Shown here piece by piece: positions 50,601-63,104 of a stretch of DNA of 64,000 nt. The position numbers were made by a program, and so were the translations under genes. The notes beneath the pieces were generated by a model, which did not search any database, was not told the origin of the DNA, and worked only from the letters and a program-made list of their open reading frames with translations. The DNA is from Raillietiella orientalis (lineage: Eukaryota): the NCBI GenBank assembly GCA_036172245.1, contig JAYWIR010000027.1:186001-250000 (forward strand). Direction: 5' to 3'. Each line of letters opens with the position of its first letter. The first letter of the stretch is position 1.

Positions 50601-53600
50601 AGAGTCCGGCTCTGGAATCCGGAGAGATGGCTGCCATCTGCAGCGCTCGTTCCTCTGACCTGCGCCCCAAGCAAGGGCTGCCGCTGCTGCGCGGGGCGCG
50701 CCCAGCTTTTCGCCTCAAAATCACCGCGAGAGAAACGGGGTGTCGGGGTTTCCCCTCCCTCTCCTCCCTACAAAAAGGGGAACGCGCGCGCACACAGATG
50801 GTGGAGTCTCTCTCGCGTGCAGAAGATGGGAGGACATCCTCGCGCCCTTTGCCCTGCTGCAGGAGGCAAAGGGTGCGTTTGAGCGGGTCGGTGGTGCTCT
50901 AGGTGGGGGGGGGGGGGAGGGGCGGCTGTTCTCTGGGGAGCGGAGTGGACCTGGCGGGCGCAAAATCAAGCGTGCCTCCCTCATGCCTCCCCCTCTGCGC
51001 GCTCGTCCCTCTGTGGTATCGATGGTTCCATTGGCTCGGAGAGCCCGTCGCGCGCTCCTGGGACTCCTTCCTTGACCCCTTTCCTCCTCCCTCCGTCCGC
51101 CGCCCTCGTTATGATCCCTTGGCTGCAGCATCCGGAAGGGACGCGTCCCCGAGATGCTAGCTCCACCTTGCCGCTGCGCCTTCTGCCCGGCGGGTCCTCC
51201 GCCGTGATCCGAGCGCGCCCAAGGAATGCGTGTCTGCCTGCCCTCCCCGCCGCATCTGTCATTCCTCCTTCTCCTTCCGGGTCTCCGCTCCCTGCCGCAC
51301 CGCGCCGCGCTTTCCGCGCACGCGAGGTCGAAGACGAGCCTCCGAGTCCCTCTCCTGCCCCATGGGCATCTCCTTCCCGAGAGTCTCCTGGGATCCCGTG
51401 GAGCGGCGGGCTCCGCCCGCAGGGGGCGCACCTCCCGGCAGACTGTTCTCCCGCGCTTCTCCGACCAGTCGCGCCTCCTCCAGGTACCGACTTCCCCTTC
51501 CTTGGAGGTCCATTCCGGTGGGGGATCAGGGAAAAGGAGCTGCCGGGAGAAGGGAGTGCGCTCGTGCGGGGGAGCGTTGCAAGAGACGGGTTCGCCGGCG
51601 CGCTAGGTCCTGTGCCTTCCCCCTCGTCCCACCCCAGGCTCAGGATGGCGGAATTTGGCGTGCGAGTGACGATGCTCCAAGCAGAGAAGAGCAGGGGAAA
51701 GAACGGAAAGACGGGAGGAAAATCGGAAAGAGCGGAAGGGCAAGGGTGCGGCGGGGAGTTCGTGGGGACTCTCCGTCTTCCCTCTGCTATCCGCCTTTTC
51801 CCGCGGGCGGCAGTCAATCGACCTTCCGGAGGGGCGTGCAGCATCCGGCGGTCCGTCCTGGGTCCAGAAGAGAGGCTGGCGCCTCCTCAGCGTGGTCTAC
51901 CGGTTGGGGAGCCTTCTGGCCGCTCCCCATGCGGTCAGCCACCGCTCGAGGCCTCGCGGGGACAGCTGACCAGCAGCTGTGAGCAAAGGGGAAGCAGCAT
52001 CGTGGCCTCCAGGGGTCGTCGTCCTTCGCCTTCCCCCTCACCCTTCATGGGCTGCAGGAATGACGGCTGCTCCCAACCCCTACAAAGGCAGTGCCGGACG
52101 TTCGGGGGCGGGGGATGGGGGGAACGCGGGCGCGCGTTCCTCCTCTTCGTCCCCTCCCGAGGAGCCTGCGGGCGGGCGGCGCGTGCGCTTCAGCGGCAGT
52201 CGCCCTGCCCCTTCCGTCTGCCGCCGTTCCGCGGCGCTGCTGCTGACACCGGAGGGCGCGTTCGAGCTTCATTTGTTTGCCCCCGCCGCCGCCAGCGGTT
52301 GCCTCGGCGCTGCAGGCGCTCTCACCCGTCTTTACGTACGCAGCAGCGAGGCGGCGTCACCTCGAATGCGTGCGCAGAGCCAGACGAGGGTTGTTGTTGG
52401 TGGTCTGCGGCACGCGGCGACGTGCTTCCTTCCCCTCCCTCCCCCTCCCCCCCCATCGCTTCCAGGCATCTCCATGGAGGCCGCGGAGGCTTGCCGGCTC
52501 AGTGCGCGACGAACGGCTTGCGAGGTGGGGGTCGTGCTATGCGTGCGTTACATGCGAGTGACCGTGAGCCCCCGACGAAGCCGGCGCGTTTCCCGACTGC
52601 CTTCTCCCTCCTCGGTTGCCAAGGGAGACGAACGCCATGACGGCGTCCAGAGTCCTTGGAGTGCCCGGATCCTCATCCGGGACCGCCTGAGCGCGTGCCC
52701 GACGTGAGTTTTTCTTCCGCATCCTCGACATCGGGAACGGGAGAAGGCGGAGGGGAGCTCCGTCCATTCCCTGTCGTCAGCAGCGGCGCATCAAGGGGTG
52801 ATGGGGTGGCGACGATTCCTTCGTTCTGGCAAGTGCGACCCCCTTCCCTCCTGTCCCTCGCGTCGGTGAAACTGCCGCGGCGAAGCTCCTGTTGGTCTTC
52901 CGTCCCTCTTCCATGCTTTCCCCCTTCGCGCCCGTGTCCTCGTCCCCATCTCGCATCATCTCTTCCTCCCTGCCCCCTCGACTTTCGCCGAGTAGGGAGG
53001 TCCACGGGAGGAGGCTGCTCTCTCGTTAGCCCGAAGCGGGTGGTGCGCGCGCACCGGGAGGGAGGGAGGGCGGGGACGGAACTCCCCGACGGGGTCGGCG
53101 CGACCTCGTTCGCCGCCGTTCGTCACGGCGGCGGCGAGGTGGCGCGCGCCTTTCACCGCTTCCACCGAACCCTTCGGACGGCGCGTTCGCCTCGGGCGCG
53201 CGACGCGCGTTCCTCCCCCCCCCCCCTCCCGCCTCTGTGGCGCTTTCCCGGAGAGGCGGCAGACCGTCCCAGGTGGTGCCGTCGCGGGAGGATGCTGCGG
53301 CGGGGGCGTCCAGAGAGGGGAAGCAGGGGGGAACACGTCCCCCATCCTTCCGCTTCCCGCTGCTCCCAGAAAGTCGCGCCGTCGTCCCCCCCCCCCCTCG
53401 TTTGCCCCCGGCGCCTGCTGGACTACGGGGAGGTGGGGAGCGCGGATGCGCGTCGTCTCCTCCCGCCGGCTGCTGATGTTTTTCTTCTCTTCCATCCGGC
53501 CTCCTCCCGCCAGGACCTCGGCGAGCGGCCCCACGTGCCCTTCGTCCCGCCGCCTCGTATTCGCCGACATGGTCACCCGGACCCAGGACAGGCAGCCCTG

Positions 53601-56600
53601 TGGCAGTGCGGTCCCTCCGGAGCGCCCTCCCAAGAACCAGTATCTCCGGTCCCTGTCGCAGTGCTACGGCGGCGGCCCCTCTAGGAGCCACGCGGGCGCC
53701 GCCCATCGGACCGTGCCCGGCTCACTGGGCAACCTGAAGAAGCCTCGGGCTCCGGATCCCCAGTCCTCTAGTCTTGCCAAGAGCCACAGCCCCATGCTTC
53801 GCCTCGACCCTTGCCCTGGCCCGCGCGGCAGTGGCGCTGCGGCGCCCACCTGCGCCCTAAACGGGACAAGGGCGTCGGCAGCGTGCTGCGACCACGACGG
53901 CAGCTGTGGGGAATCCACGGATGCTCTCCGGTGAGTTCTTTGCGCCCACACGGCTGCTGGGTCCGTAGGGAGGAGGCTGGACGCCTGGATAGGTCCTCCG
54001 TAAGGGGAGGACCGCTCGCGCTTCCGGAAGTGTGGCGTGTCTCCCCGGACTTGCTGCCGAGCCCTCGCGTCGCGGGGTCGCTGCAGTCTGCGATGGGGAT
54101 TCCGGGGTCGCCTCCCCCCCCGTTTCTCCCGGCTTCTTTTTCCCCGTGCAGGCAACAGGGACGGCCCGGGTACCGTCTCGTTCATGCGAACGTCCCTCTT
54201 CTCCGTAAGCAGGTCGGTGGGGCGGATAGACCGCGGGGAGTCCATCGTGCTCTCCTCCCTCTTCCCGGGGACAGAATCCGTGAGAACGGCCCCATTTTTT
54301 CGCGCGGGTAGTCTGCTTGTTCGGGTGGGTTTGGTTCGAAAGGGGAAGCGCAGGCGGCGCGCATGCTCTCCCGTGGCCGAGGTCAGGGACCGGGAGCTGA
54401 CGCATCTGCTTCCTCTTCAACGTGAACTTGACCTTTCGCCCCCGATGACCTATCCAGGCGCACGGCCGCTCTCCGTCTCTGCGAAGTGCCCTCCCTTTAG
54501 CTGATCCGGAAGGTGCTGGGTTGCCAGGCGTGACAGGGGGTCCCCCTCTGGAGACCACGCCCCTTTGAATCGCTACAGCCTAAGGGGAAGACACCGTCTT
54601 TGTTTTTCCCGCGGTTTCCCTGCATGTCTGCAGCGCCACATCCTTCGCTCTTTGCACGCCACCTTCCGCAGCCACTCCCAGGATACGTGCGCTCACCCTT
54701 CGAAGAAGGCCACAGCGCCGGTGTAGAGCAGGAAGACAGGAGGCACCGTCGAGGCAGGACCGCTTCCTCGGGGCTGCGGAATCCTCCCTTGTATCGTCTA
54801 CGGCCGCCAATGCGCTCCCCCGAACGACACCCAGGCAAGGGGGAAGCAGAGCGCCGATGGTCGCGGGGCGGTCCAGGGGTTTTGGGCGCATAAGATCTCG
54901 CGGACGAGAGCGGTCTTTCGCCTTTGAGGTTAGCATGCCAGCTATCTCTTCCGCCTTTGGCTGATTTCCGGGGTCCCTTCCTCCCTCCTTCGAAGGCGAT
55001 AAAAGAGGCGACGCGAATACGCTGTCCCCGTGCGCATTTCTCCAGTCTCTTCCTCTGCCCTTGGTGTGGTGGCGCTGAGCGTGCGGCCGATCCTTGGAGC
55101 ACAGGCCATCTATGGGTTCTTTGGCTCTATCCCTCTCATCTGCCGCGTTGTGGCAGTGTTGGCGGAAGATCTCTTTCTCGTCCGTAGGGCTCGGTCGCTG
55201 GGGGTGTGGGGAAACTTCTGTCGGCCACTGGGATCCGCCTTCCACCGCCAGCCCCTGCGGCTTTCTTTTTGTCGGGTGGCTTATGGTAACCTCTGCCCAT
55301 CAGATGCGATGACCTCTCCCGCGGCGACGAAGCAGCAGAGGGTTGGCCCGCCTCCAGGTGCTGCCAGCAAGGGGTGAGCTCGGAGACGACGACCCCTCCC
55401 AACAGGGACCGTAAGTGCCAATGCGGGGCTTGGTGCGCATCTGCCCTTCCCATCCTCCAGGAAGCCACAACGATGGCAGTGGCAGCAGCAGCGCCGAGGA
55501 GTCGCCGGATGCGGTGCTGAGGTCCTGCAGGAGCTTCAGCCACCTCGAGTGCGTCTCGGGGCGCCTGGTTGCGCCCTTTTCGGATGACGTGACCCTCAGG
55601 GCGTCCACTTGCAGCCTGTCCCCCGGAGAGGACGACTGCAGCTTTCCCCCGGCCGGCGGCAGCAGCACCAGCGGCGGCGGCGGCAGCGGCTCCGACCGCT
55701 CGTGCGCCAGCGAGGACCTCGGTGGTTCCCCAGGGTCGCCTAGTCACCTTTGCCCGCGACCCTCCTGGAGGAACAGCCTGGACTCCCTGCGGGTGCCGCC
55801 GTTCCCACCGCCTCCGTTTTCCGCCCTCCCGTTCCCGTCGTCGTCGTCTCTGGAAGCCCACCGGCACCGGGTCGACTCCCAGTCTGCGTGCAGCCTCGCG
55901 CACTCGGGAGGGGGCGGAGGGGGCGAGGCACCGCCGCCAAGCGCGGCCACCGCGGCCGCCGCCGCGGCGCAGATCCTGAGGAACGCCTATCTGAGCCGCG
56001 GCCTGAAGCTGAGCCCCACGCTTTCGTCCAGAGCCGCCGTCGGCAGCGTACACACCTCCAGCGGCGACGACGCGGACGACGGCGGCGAGGACAGCGGCAG
56101 CGTTGGCACCGATTCTTCCCGCAAAGAGTGTCCCAAGGTGCCCCCCAAGCCTGCCATGAGGCCCAAGTTCCTGGAAGACGCTGAGGCGTTTCCCGCCAAG
56201 CTCAGCCGGCAGAAGCAGCAGGAGGAGATCGAGTGCGAAGAGCTCGGCAGGAGCATCGCCCGCGACCTGGACAGGAGCGACCGGCTCTACTCGCTGCTGG
56301 GTAAGGGCTGAACCCCCTTCCTCCTCCTTCGCACTCAACCCGCCGTCCTCTCCCCCTTCTGCAGTGCCTCGGAGCGGCCGCAAGCTGCTGAGTGACTACT
56401 CCAAGAATCTCTTCTGGCCCGCGAACGACTGCTGGAGCCCGGAGTGCTGTTCTGCGCCGTCAGTTCCTCCCGGACGTCTCCCGTCGTCCCCGGCCAGCAA
56501 CGGGTGCGAAGCTCCGCTCTGTGATACTCCCGACGAGCACTCGCTGTTCCCGAAGAAGGTGCGGGTAATGCCCCGGGCTTCCAGCCCTCCCCCCTCCGTC

Positions 56601-57273
56601 TGCTTCTCCGGTCCCTTTGTGACATCCCCCCTCTTCCCCCCCCTCCTTCAGGTGGAATTCCTGACGCGTCTCGGCCGCAAGCTGGACATCCTGCGCTCCG
56701 AGGCGGCAGCTCTCCAGCGCAGCGCTGAGGAGAACGACCGCCTGGGAGCGGACCTCATGGAGCGCCTACGTGCGAGGGCGCGCCCTGTCGAGTACGACCG
56801 CTACGCCCGGCTGGCGGACGAGCTGGCCACGGTGCTATCGCTGCTGCTGTCGCTCTCCGCGCAGCTGATGCGGACCGAGAACGCCATCCTCGACGAGGGA
56901 TCGCTCGTCGCCAAGGTGAGGACGCTGTCCCGACGACCGCCCACCCTCCCCTCCATGGACCCCTTTCCAGAAACCTCTGGAGACCAGGCGCGAGAACTTG
57001 AACGAGCAGCTGCGCGAGGCCATGAGGCTGAAGCAGAGTGCGGACGAGCGTGGCGAGCAGCTGCGCCGCGTGCTGCGCGGGCGCGGCGTGCTGGCCGAGG
57101 ACCTGCGCGCCCACGAGCGCTTTCTGCACCGCAGGAAAGTGCTGATGGTCGGCGCCAGGGAGCTGCAGGAGGACATCCGCAGCAGCGAGGAGCTGTACAG
57201 GGCCGTGCAGGACTCGCTCAGCGGCGGCCACCAGTGCCACCACCTCCACCATTGCCGCCGCATCCCCTCCTGA
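37901..57273 (+). CDS. Shroom: Shroom-family actin/ROCK scaffold, spliced CDS join(37901-38614,47577-48945,50417-50472,53514-53930,55304-55410,55461-56300,56365-56558,56652-56915,56971-57273); 5' end supplied by upstream exon(s)
   Basis: All eight introns are GT..AG with pyrimidine tracts, and the phases chain without a stop (2,0,2,2,1,1,0,0). The C-terminal exons translate to an ASD2-like coiled coil (VEFLTRLGRKLDILRSE...EENDRLG...EYDRY...VLSLLLSLSAQLMRTENAI...LNEQLREAMRLK...RELQEDIRSSEELYRAVQDSL), matching the Shroom SD2 pattern as I recall it. Exons total 4264 nt; adding an 86- or 32-nt first exon gives a multiple of 3. Confidence 0.9.
39593..39728 (-). repeat. Inverted repeat left arm (~135 bp)
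   Basis: Reverse complement aligns to 41389-41524 at roughly 90% identity by eye. Confidence 0.92.
41389..41524 (+). repeat. Inverted repeat right arm (~135 bp), ending in an A-run
   Basis: ttcctgcttgttcaccgccgccgttgttgctgccgcgtccg...ctgactcaaaaa matches the reverse complement of 39593-39728. Confidence 0.92.
47577..48945 (+). CDS. Shroom: Shroom large internal exon (HEKFPSWP and DPALKVLQKKALLSYYERK motifs)
   Basis: Acceptor (t)11-cttctgttccag|C, donor AAG|gtaaga; inside the 589-aa ORF 47407-49176; GC3-biased codons; phase 2 to 0. Confidence 0.85.
50417..50472 (+). CDS. Shroom: Shroom small exon (ILPDDCPPAGQEYPFSMTG)
   Basis: Acceptor ttgttttctttccag|A, donor GG|gtaagt; 56 nt converts phase 0 to 2, exactly what is needed to join 48945 to 53514. 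Confidence 0.75.
53514..53930 (+). CDS. Shroom: Shroom internal exon (PPERPPKN proline-rich motif)
   Basis: Branch-like gctgat plus pyrimidine tract and ccag|G; donor CG|gtgagt; within ORF 53446-53934; phase 2 to 2. Confidence 0.8.
55304..55410 (+). CDS. Shroom: Shroom internal exon (CDDLSRGDEAAEGWPASRCCQQGVSSETTTPPNRD)
   Basis: Acceptor ctctgcccatcag|A, donor CC|gtaagt; stop-free; converts phase 2 to 1 as required; followed by a 50-nt intron. Not present in the ORF track in this frame. Confidence 0.65.
55461..56300 (+). CDS. Shroom: Shroom internal exon leading into ASD2 (KQQEEIECEELGRSIARDL...LYSLL)
   Basis: Acceptor cccttcccatcctccag|G, donor G|gtaagg; within ORF 55415-56311; phase 1 to 1. 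Confidence 0.85.
56365..56558 (+). CDS. Shroom: Shroom exon (VPRSGRKLLSDYSKNLF...LFPKK)
   Basis: 64-nt intron 56301-56364 ending cccccttctgcag; donor AAG|gtgcgg (an alternative in-frame donor lies 6 nt further, |gtaatg); phase 1 to 0. Confidence 0.8.
56652..56915 (+). CDS. Shroom: Shroom ASD2/SD2 domain exon 1
   Basis: Acceptor ccctccttcag|G, donor AAG|gtgagg; 88 codons containing the LLLSLS..L.R.EN signature region. Confidence 0.92.
56971..57273 (+). CDS. Shroom: Shroom ASD2/SD2 terminal exon with TGA stop
   Basis: 55-nt intron ending ccctttccag; KPLETRRENLNEQLREAMRLKQSADER...DSLSGGHQCHHLHHCRRIPS*; continues ORF 56998-57273. Confidence 0.9.
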   Translation, partial: KPLETRRENLNEQLREAMRLKQSADERGEQLRRVLRGRGVLAEDLRAHERFLHRRKVLMVGARELQEDIRSSEELYRAVQDSLSGGHQCHHLHHCRRIPS

Positions 57274-60200
57274 TAAGTGCCTTCCACCCCATCCCACCCC
57301 TTGCTCTCCCTCCTGTCTCCAACGACGACGGTGCGCCAGGAGCGGCTGTGTCGCCGAAAAGAAGGAAAGGAGGCGGCGGCCAACAAAAAAACAAAAAAAA
57401 CAAAAATTTAGCCCCCAGGACATCGGAGTGTTTTTCTTTCGGGAGGAGGGGGAGGAGGGCTGTAGCGGGAGAGGCGTACGGCGGCGGGGTATCCTGCCTC
57501 TCGGCAGGGTCGCTTGGCAGTGTTTCTTCCTTCCTCGCACTTCTTTCGTCACTTCGAGCCGGCTCCAGGGAATTTTCTTGGTGATTCTCTCCCCAGCTTT
57601 CCACTAAAAGGGGGAGGAAGGGGGCAGCGTTGCGGCTCGCTGGTTCGGCGCTCTCGACCTCCAGGAGGCGAGGGCCGCGGCAACCGAGCGCTTACTGGAG
57701 AGGGGTCGCCCTCCTCCTGGGGTCTGCAGAGATACGTGGGTGATTCCTTAAAGATGCTCCCACCTGACTGTTGCCGACTCTTCTCGCTAGTAACGCTTTG
57801 CCTCTTCCCGCAGCTCCCAGGCATCCCGGAAATTCGATCGCGACGACGATAGGGCAGGAAGAGGAAGGCGTCTTCCAGCCGTGCGTGGGTGTGTATGGAG
57901 GGGGAGGACTGCTCCACGTCGGCGCGGTGAGCAGCGTACCCGAGCGCGTTTTCATGCGGCGAGCGGTCGCGGTATCCCGTGGTTACCTCGCCGCGGTTGC
58001 CAGGGACGCTCCTCTCCTCGCTGCGCCATTCTGTTTTCCTTCCTCCGGAGGTAGAGGAACGCGAGGGCGGGATGCCTCGAGGTGAGTGGGCGGGAGGTGG
58101 CCTCCGCGTGGGAGCGTGGGATTCGGAGTCCTCTGGAGTGGGGTGGCATTTCTCTCGCCCCCACTGCGCTTTCCACAATCTTCCCGCTCCCCCTCTGGCG
58201 CTGCTGACCCTCTCCTGGCTTCCCCACGCAGCCCCCTGCTTCCCTTCTCGGGAACACCCGTCCAGTAGTCGCGCGGGCACCTTGATCTGACCCTCTCGGT
58301 TGCCGCAGAAACGAGCAGTCCTCACCTCCGCCCGTTTTCCGACGCGCCCCGGCTTCGCGCTCTTTCGCGTGGCGTTTCCTTGTGGCTCGCGAGAGCGCAT
58401 CCGCCGTCTCGGCGGGAGCCGCGCCCGGCTTCGCGAGTCCCTAGTGCGCCCTGGAGGAGGCCATCTGCTGTTTTTTTCCTGCTGGTTGCCATGGGACCCC
58501 CCCTGGCATGTCTGCGGTGCAGCAATCGGGGAACGAGAGACCTCAGTCTCCCCTGCTTCACTGCTGTTTCCTACGGCTCCCCGGGACCTTCGCCGCCGTC
58601 CCGACGCCCTCGCGATGATGCATCCGGGTGGGAGAAGAGGAGGAGGGATCGCGCGTCCCGTAAACCAACCTATCCGATCCGGGATCAGCCGGGTTCCGTG
58701 GGGACGTGGCGGAGAAGGGGAGCCGAAAGCCGCTGTCGGAGAGCGGAAACTGCATCATAGGAGAAACCATTGCTGGTGCCTCTTGCGGTTGCTCTGGCAA
58801 CACAGGGCAAGGGAGACGTTGCGAGGTGAACAGCGAAGGAGGGGTGACGCTGCTACTGCTACTGGTCTTGGCAGGTGTTGCCAGTAGCGGAAGGAGCGAG
58901 GACTTGGGACTTTGCTCTTCCCAGGCAAGCGTCTGCTGCGATCCTTGGGTGGGGCGGGGGACGAGGAGGGGGAGAAGAGGGACCCTCCAGGGAGAAAAGG
59001 GATCTTTTCTCCTTCCCTAGGGAAGTGCGTGGGGTTAACTGGGAGGGAGCGCGCCGCGACCCCTGCGTGTCGCTAGGGGGACTGGAACATGCGCTGCGAG
59101 GCGCGCCTTCTCCAGTCTCAGGGGAAGGGGAGGAGCTGCGGGCTCGAGGACAGTGCGAGGGAGACGAGGACGAGTGCCAAACACCGGAGGATCTCCTCTC
59201 TCCCTCCCCCCTTGAGTTCTTTCTCTCCGAAGCGGGGTCGCTGCCGTGGTTCCCGAGGTCCGGCATTTCCCCTCCTTCGGTCTGCGGTTGCCATTGGTGG
59301 CGTGGTTTCGTCTTCCCGAGGAAACTTGGCACCCATTATTCTTGGTGGGCATGGAAACACGAGTGGCGCAAGGCACGCCAAGCTCGTCCGCTCCATGCAC
59401 TACCTCTCCGTACAGTGTTCTGCAAGCGTATACGAAGCAGTACACGTCTAAACGGCACGCCTACAGGGTGTGCGCGTCTGCATCGTACAGTACAGTTGCG
59501 CATGACCCAGTACGTATCCACGCGTACTCCACGAAGCCACGTGTTTTCGTCTTCATACAACGCGCGCAGCAGCTGTACTTCTGATTGGTGGCGACCGTGA
59601 GGCTTGGTCGCGCTGAATGGGCCGCTGGAGGTAGCGCCTCGATCTATGGGCAGGACGAGAGCACGTGCGTCACTTGGCTGTGCGATTGAAGGGTGCAGCG
59701 CGCAGACTTGTCCACTCGAGGCCGTGGTCGTTCTCGCTAGCCGATGGCACACTGGTCGTGTCGCGGAGGTCTCCGGTCGGAGGCCATCACCTGGGGGCGG
59801 CGGTGACCTGGCTGCGCCTTCGCCCAGAAACTCCTCCCGCCGTTACGTCGAAACCGCCCCATTCTCCTAATCTCGGTAACCAGGAGGCGGCAGGGATTGC
59901 TGGGGCTGCTCCCGGATCCTCAGGAAGTGGCCGCCCTTGGTCGCCAGAGCGGCGGCGATCCGAAAAAGCCGCTCCTTCCGCTTCCTTCGCGGTCGGATGA
60001 GTTCCAGGTTGCAGCTTTGTGGGTTCCACGGCAGCCTCGCTACCGGGGAAGATGTCGGGGGGGGGGAACCCGAGGTCACACGCCGGTGGTGCGTCCAGCA
60101 CAGGGGACCCTCGACCGAAGCAGCGCAGCTCCTCCCCTCGGTGGAGCAAGCTCCGGCATCCTCAGCGACGCGAGGAGTTGGCCTCTCGGCGAGGGGTCGG

Positions 60201-63104
60201 TGACCAGGCGCGAATCCGAGGGCTCCGGTCTGCACCAAACGCCAGTGGCGCGAGCCGTGCCTTTGCGGTCCGGAGACGCTGGACAGGAAACCGGAAGCGC
60301 ACGCGGTCGGTGAGGAACCATCGAAGGGGTGGTTCGGTTCCATGCGGACGACCAGCCGGGGCGGAGGCAGAGGGGAGGGGGGGGGGATCCATTGCCGCAG
60401 ATACTGAGTGCTTGCAGACTGCTTTCTCTCGTGAGGCGGGAGCCAAAGGGGCCGTGGAAGGCATTTCCGGAGGATGCAAAGACGAAGGCGAGGGCGTGCC
60501 GGCTTCAAAGGCGGCCAGCCGTCTCTGCGGACGGAGATCGGATCTCGCGCTCGAGGGCAAGGAGTGGGTCCGGTTGTGGCTTCCCGACCGCTCCGTTCCC
60601 GGGATTGAACTGGGGCTGGCGTGCAAGAAGTGTCCCTTTCGCCCGCCCCTCCATCTGGCTCCGGAGCACTCAGCTCTTCGACCCCACGGCCGTTCATCCC
60701 CCCCCCCCCTTCCACTCTTCTGAATTCCCGGATAGAGGATTTGGCCCTGGATTCCGTGTCTGAATCCCTCTGTTCTTCTCTATCGTCCCCTGCAGGGAGA
60801 CGAGAGATGATCAGAACTCGTTGCTCTCTGCGACCTTTCCGTTTCCTCGTGCTCGACGCGACCTCGGGCGGTTCCTGAGAGTGAAGAATCGAGAACCTCT
60901 AGGAAGGGCATCTCGTTCTCTTTGCCGCTAGAGATTTCCTTGACGGGCAGCACTTGCGACAGATCAACAGCGGAGATGCTGCTCCAGGGACTCTGCGCCT
61001 CCAGGGAGAAGATTGAGAGAGAGCATCTTTCTGCAGGTCATCTCCTGCCGATGTTTTGCGCGCTGGCCGCCTCGAGGTCTCAGAGGTGGTTGTCAGTGCA
61101 GGAGTGGGTCACCCGAGGCGGTCCTCCGGGTGGTCATCCAACAGAAGTCGGTCCAGGAGGTCTGCATTCCCGAAACATCCCTGCTCCCCACGCCTGACCA
61201 GAGTCGCTGCAGTTGCGGTGATGGGGTCTCTTGTTGAGGACTGCAGCGGCCGAAGTGCAGCTGTCAGCGTCATCCTCCCTGGACGTTTCGTCTTGTCTTC
61301 GGGAGATGATGCTCGAGGTGCTGCTGTCGTAGAAAACGGGACCACAAGGTCTCCTGTAGCTTCCCCGTCTCCGTCCACCATGTAACACCTGGACCAGGCC
61401 GACCGCGCGCACTCGTCCCGGTTCTTCGCACGCGCGAACCACTCCAGGAGAGTGCGGGAAGCGCCTCTCCTCCCTGTCCTGTCCTGCCGTGCCCTCTTAG
61501 CACCCGGAAACAGCGAGCGATCCAGTCAACGGCAGTGGTGCAATCGGACTCTTTCTCGTTCAACGGGCGGGCGCCCGCGGTGCGGACCGTCCCATGATGG
61601 CGCGACACCGCGGCGAGAAGCGGCCGCCCAGCGACTCAGAACGTGCCGGTTCTTCTTGCCTCCAGCGCTTCCGCTGTACCAAGGGAAGAGGCGACCCCGT
61701 GCTCGCGCCTCACCTTGAAGGCGTGGCCTCTGACTCAGCCCATCGGCCCGGTGCTACTGCGAATTCAGCATAGGCGTCTGGCGGAAGCCGGTGATCTCCG
61801 CATCGACCACTCGGCTGATGGCAGAGACGGTCGGGGAAGGCAGTCACCCGAAAAGGACCGAACTGCTTCCCGATTCTGCTGCGGTCGGCTACTGCTACCC
61901 TCTTGCGGATGTGCGACGGAGCACAACGCAAGCGATTCATTTATGGAGGTTGCTCTTCGGACCCTCTTCGCCCCTTCGAGACGATCCCAGATGAAGGATT
62001 TGCCACATACGCGGACTTTCCGAAGAGGCGGCGTTTCCATTATGAGCCACGAGGGGAAGGCTTGAAGGAGGCGGTTGCCAACTCAGGGGTGAGGTCACAC
62101 GAGGAGATCCTTTGAGAGGTCACCCGACGGAATTCGATCCTGGGGACCTACGTTCCATCTTTGCTCCTCCCTCCCTCGCATCTCCAAGAAGAATTCTTGA
62201 AGATGGTTTGCCCCGGAGAGCGTAGAGACGCCACCTGCCGTCATTTGGTTTTACGAATCACCCACTTCCTTTGGGATTACTCCAGATAAATCAGCTCGTC
62301 ACGAAATCATCGGCAATCCTAGCAACCGACAGGGTCGGATGCTTGGGTCGCTTGCCGCCTCTGATGCGGGCTGGAACAAGTCACGGCGTGGCAAGTGCAT
62401 CTGGAAGATGACCGGCGAAGAAAGCAGGAAAGAGAGGAGATAGAGGCAAGAGGACTGTTCTGGCGGCCGAAGGTGGTTGAGAGGCAAAAGAGCCGGCCAT
62501 GGGCAGAGAGCTCGGAGTGGTGTCTTCCGTTGCATCAGAGGAGCAAGCAAGTCGAAGAGGGTTGGTGCAGCATGACATGCCTCTGTGCTTCGACAGGGAC
62601 CAAGGGGCGATGTGCGGACCGTGTCTGCAGTCATCGGTCCATGCGGAGAGACTGCTTTGTTTTAGCCGCTGCAGTCGGGGCTGTCACCGTCCTTTCGTCA
62701 AGTTCGTGGTGGTCCAAATGGGTCATGTCGTGGGCTGGAGTCGGCCCCTTTCCAGGTGCCGAGGGTATTCTGCTCGGGAGAACGTGCAACGGAAGGAGCC
62801 GGGAGCGGGTCAAGAGAGGAAAGCGCAACCTCCCCCTTCCGCCACGCCCTCTTTCCCAGGAGAGGGGAAGCGGCGGCTCCGGAGGTTCGCCGAGCGCCCT
62901 TCCTTCTCTCCCATCCCTTCCGCCGAGTCCCGGAGGAGGCGCTCCCTCCGCTTGCCGGTCGCCTCGGGCTCAAACACTCCGCGGCCTCCTCTCGTTGTAC
63001 CACTGCTTCCTCTTTCAGCAGTATCGCCTCGAAGGCGCGCCTCTGCTCGGGAGTCCGTTCCCGCTCTGCCATTTCCTGATCGGATTTGCTCTCCGTGTGT
63101 CTCC

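Noticed and set aside
55136..56383. 415-aa minus-strand ORF, also 47545-48129 and 56755-57552
   Set aside because: Antisense shadows of GC3-rich Shroom exons.
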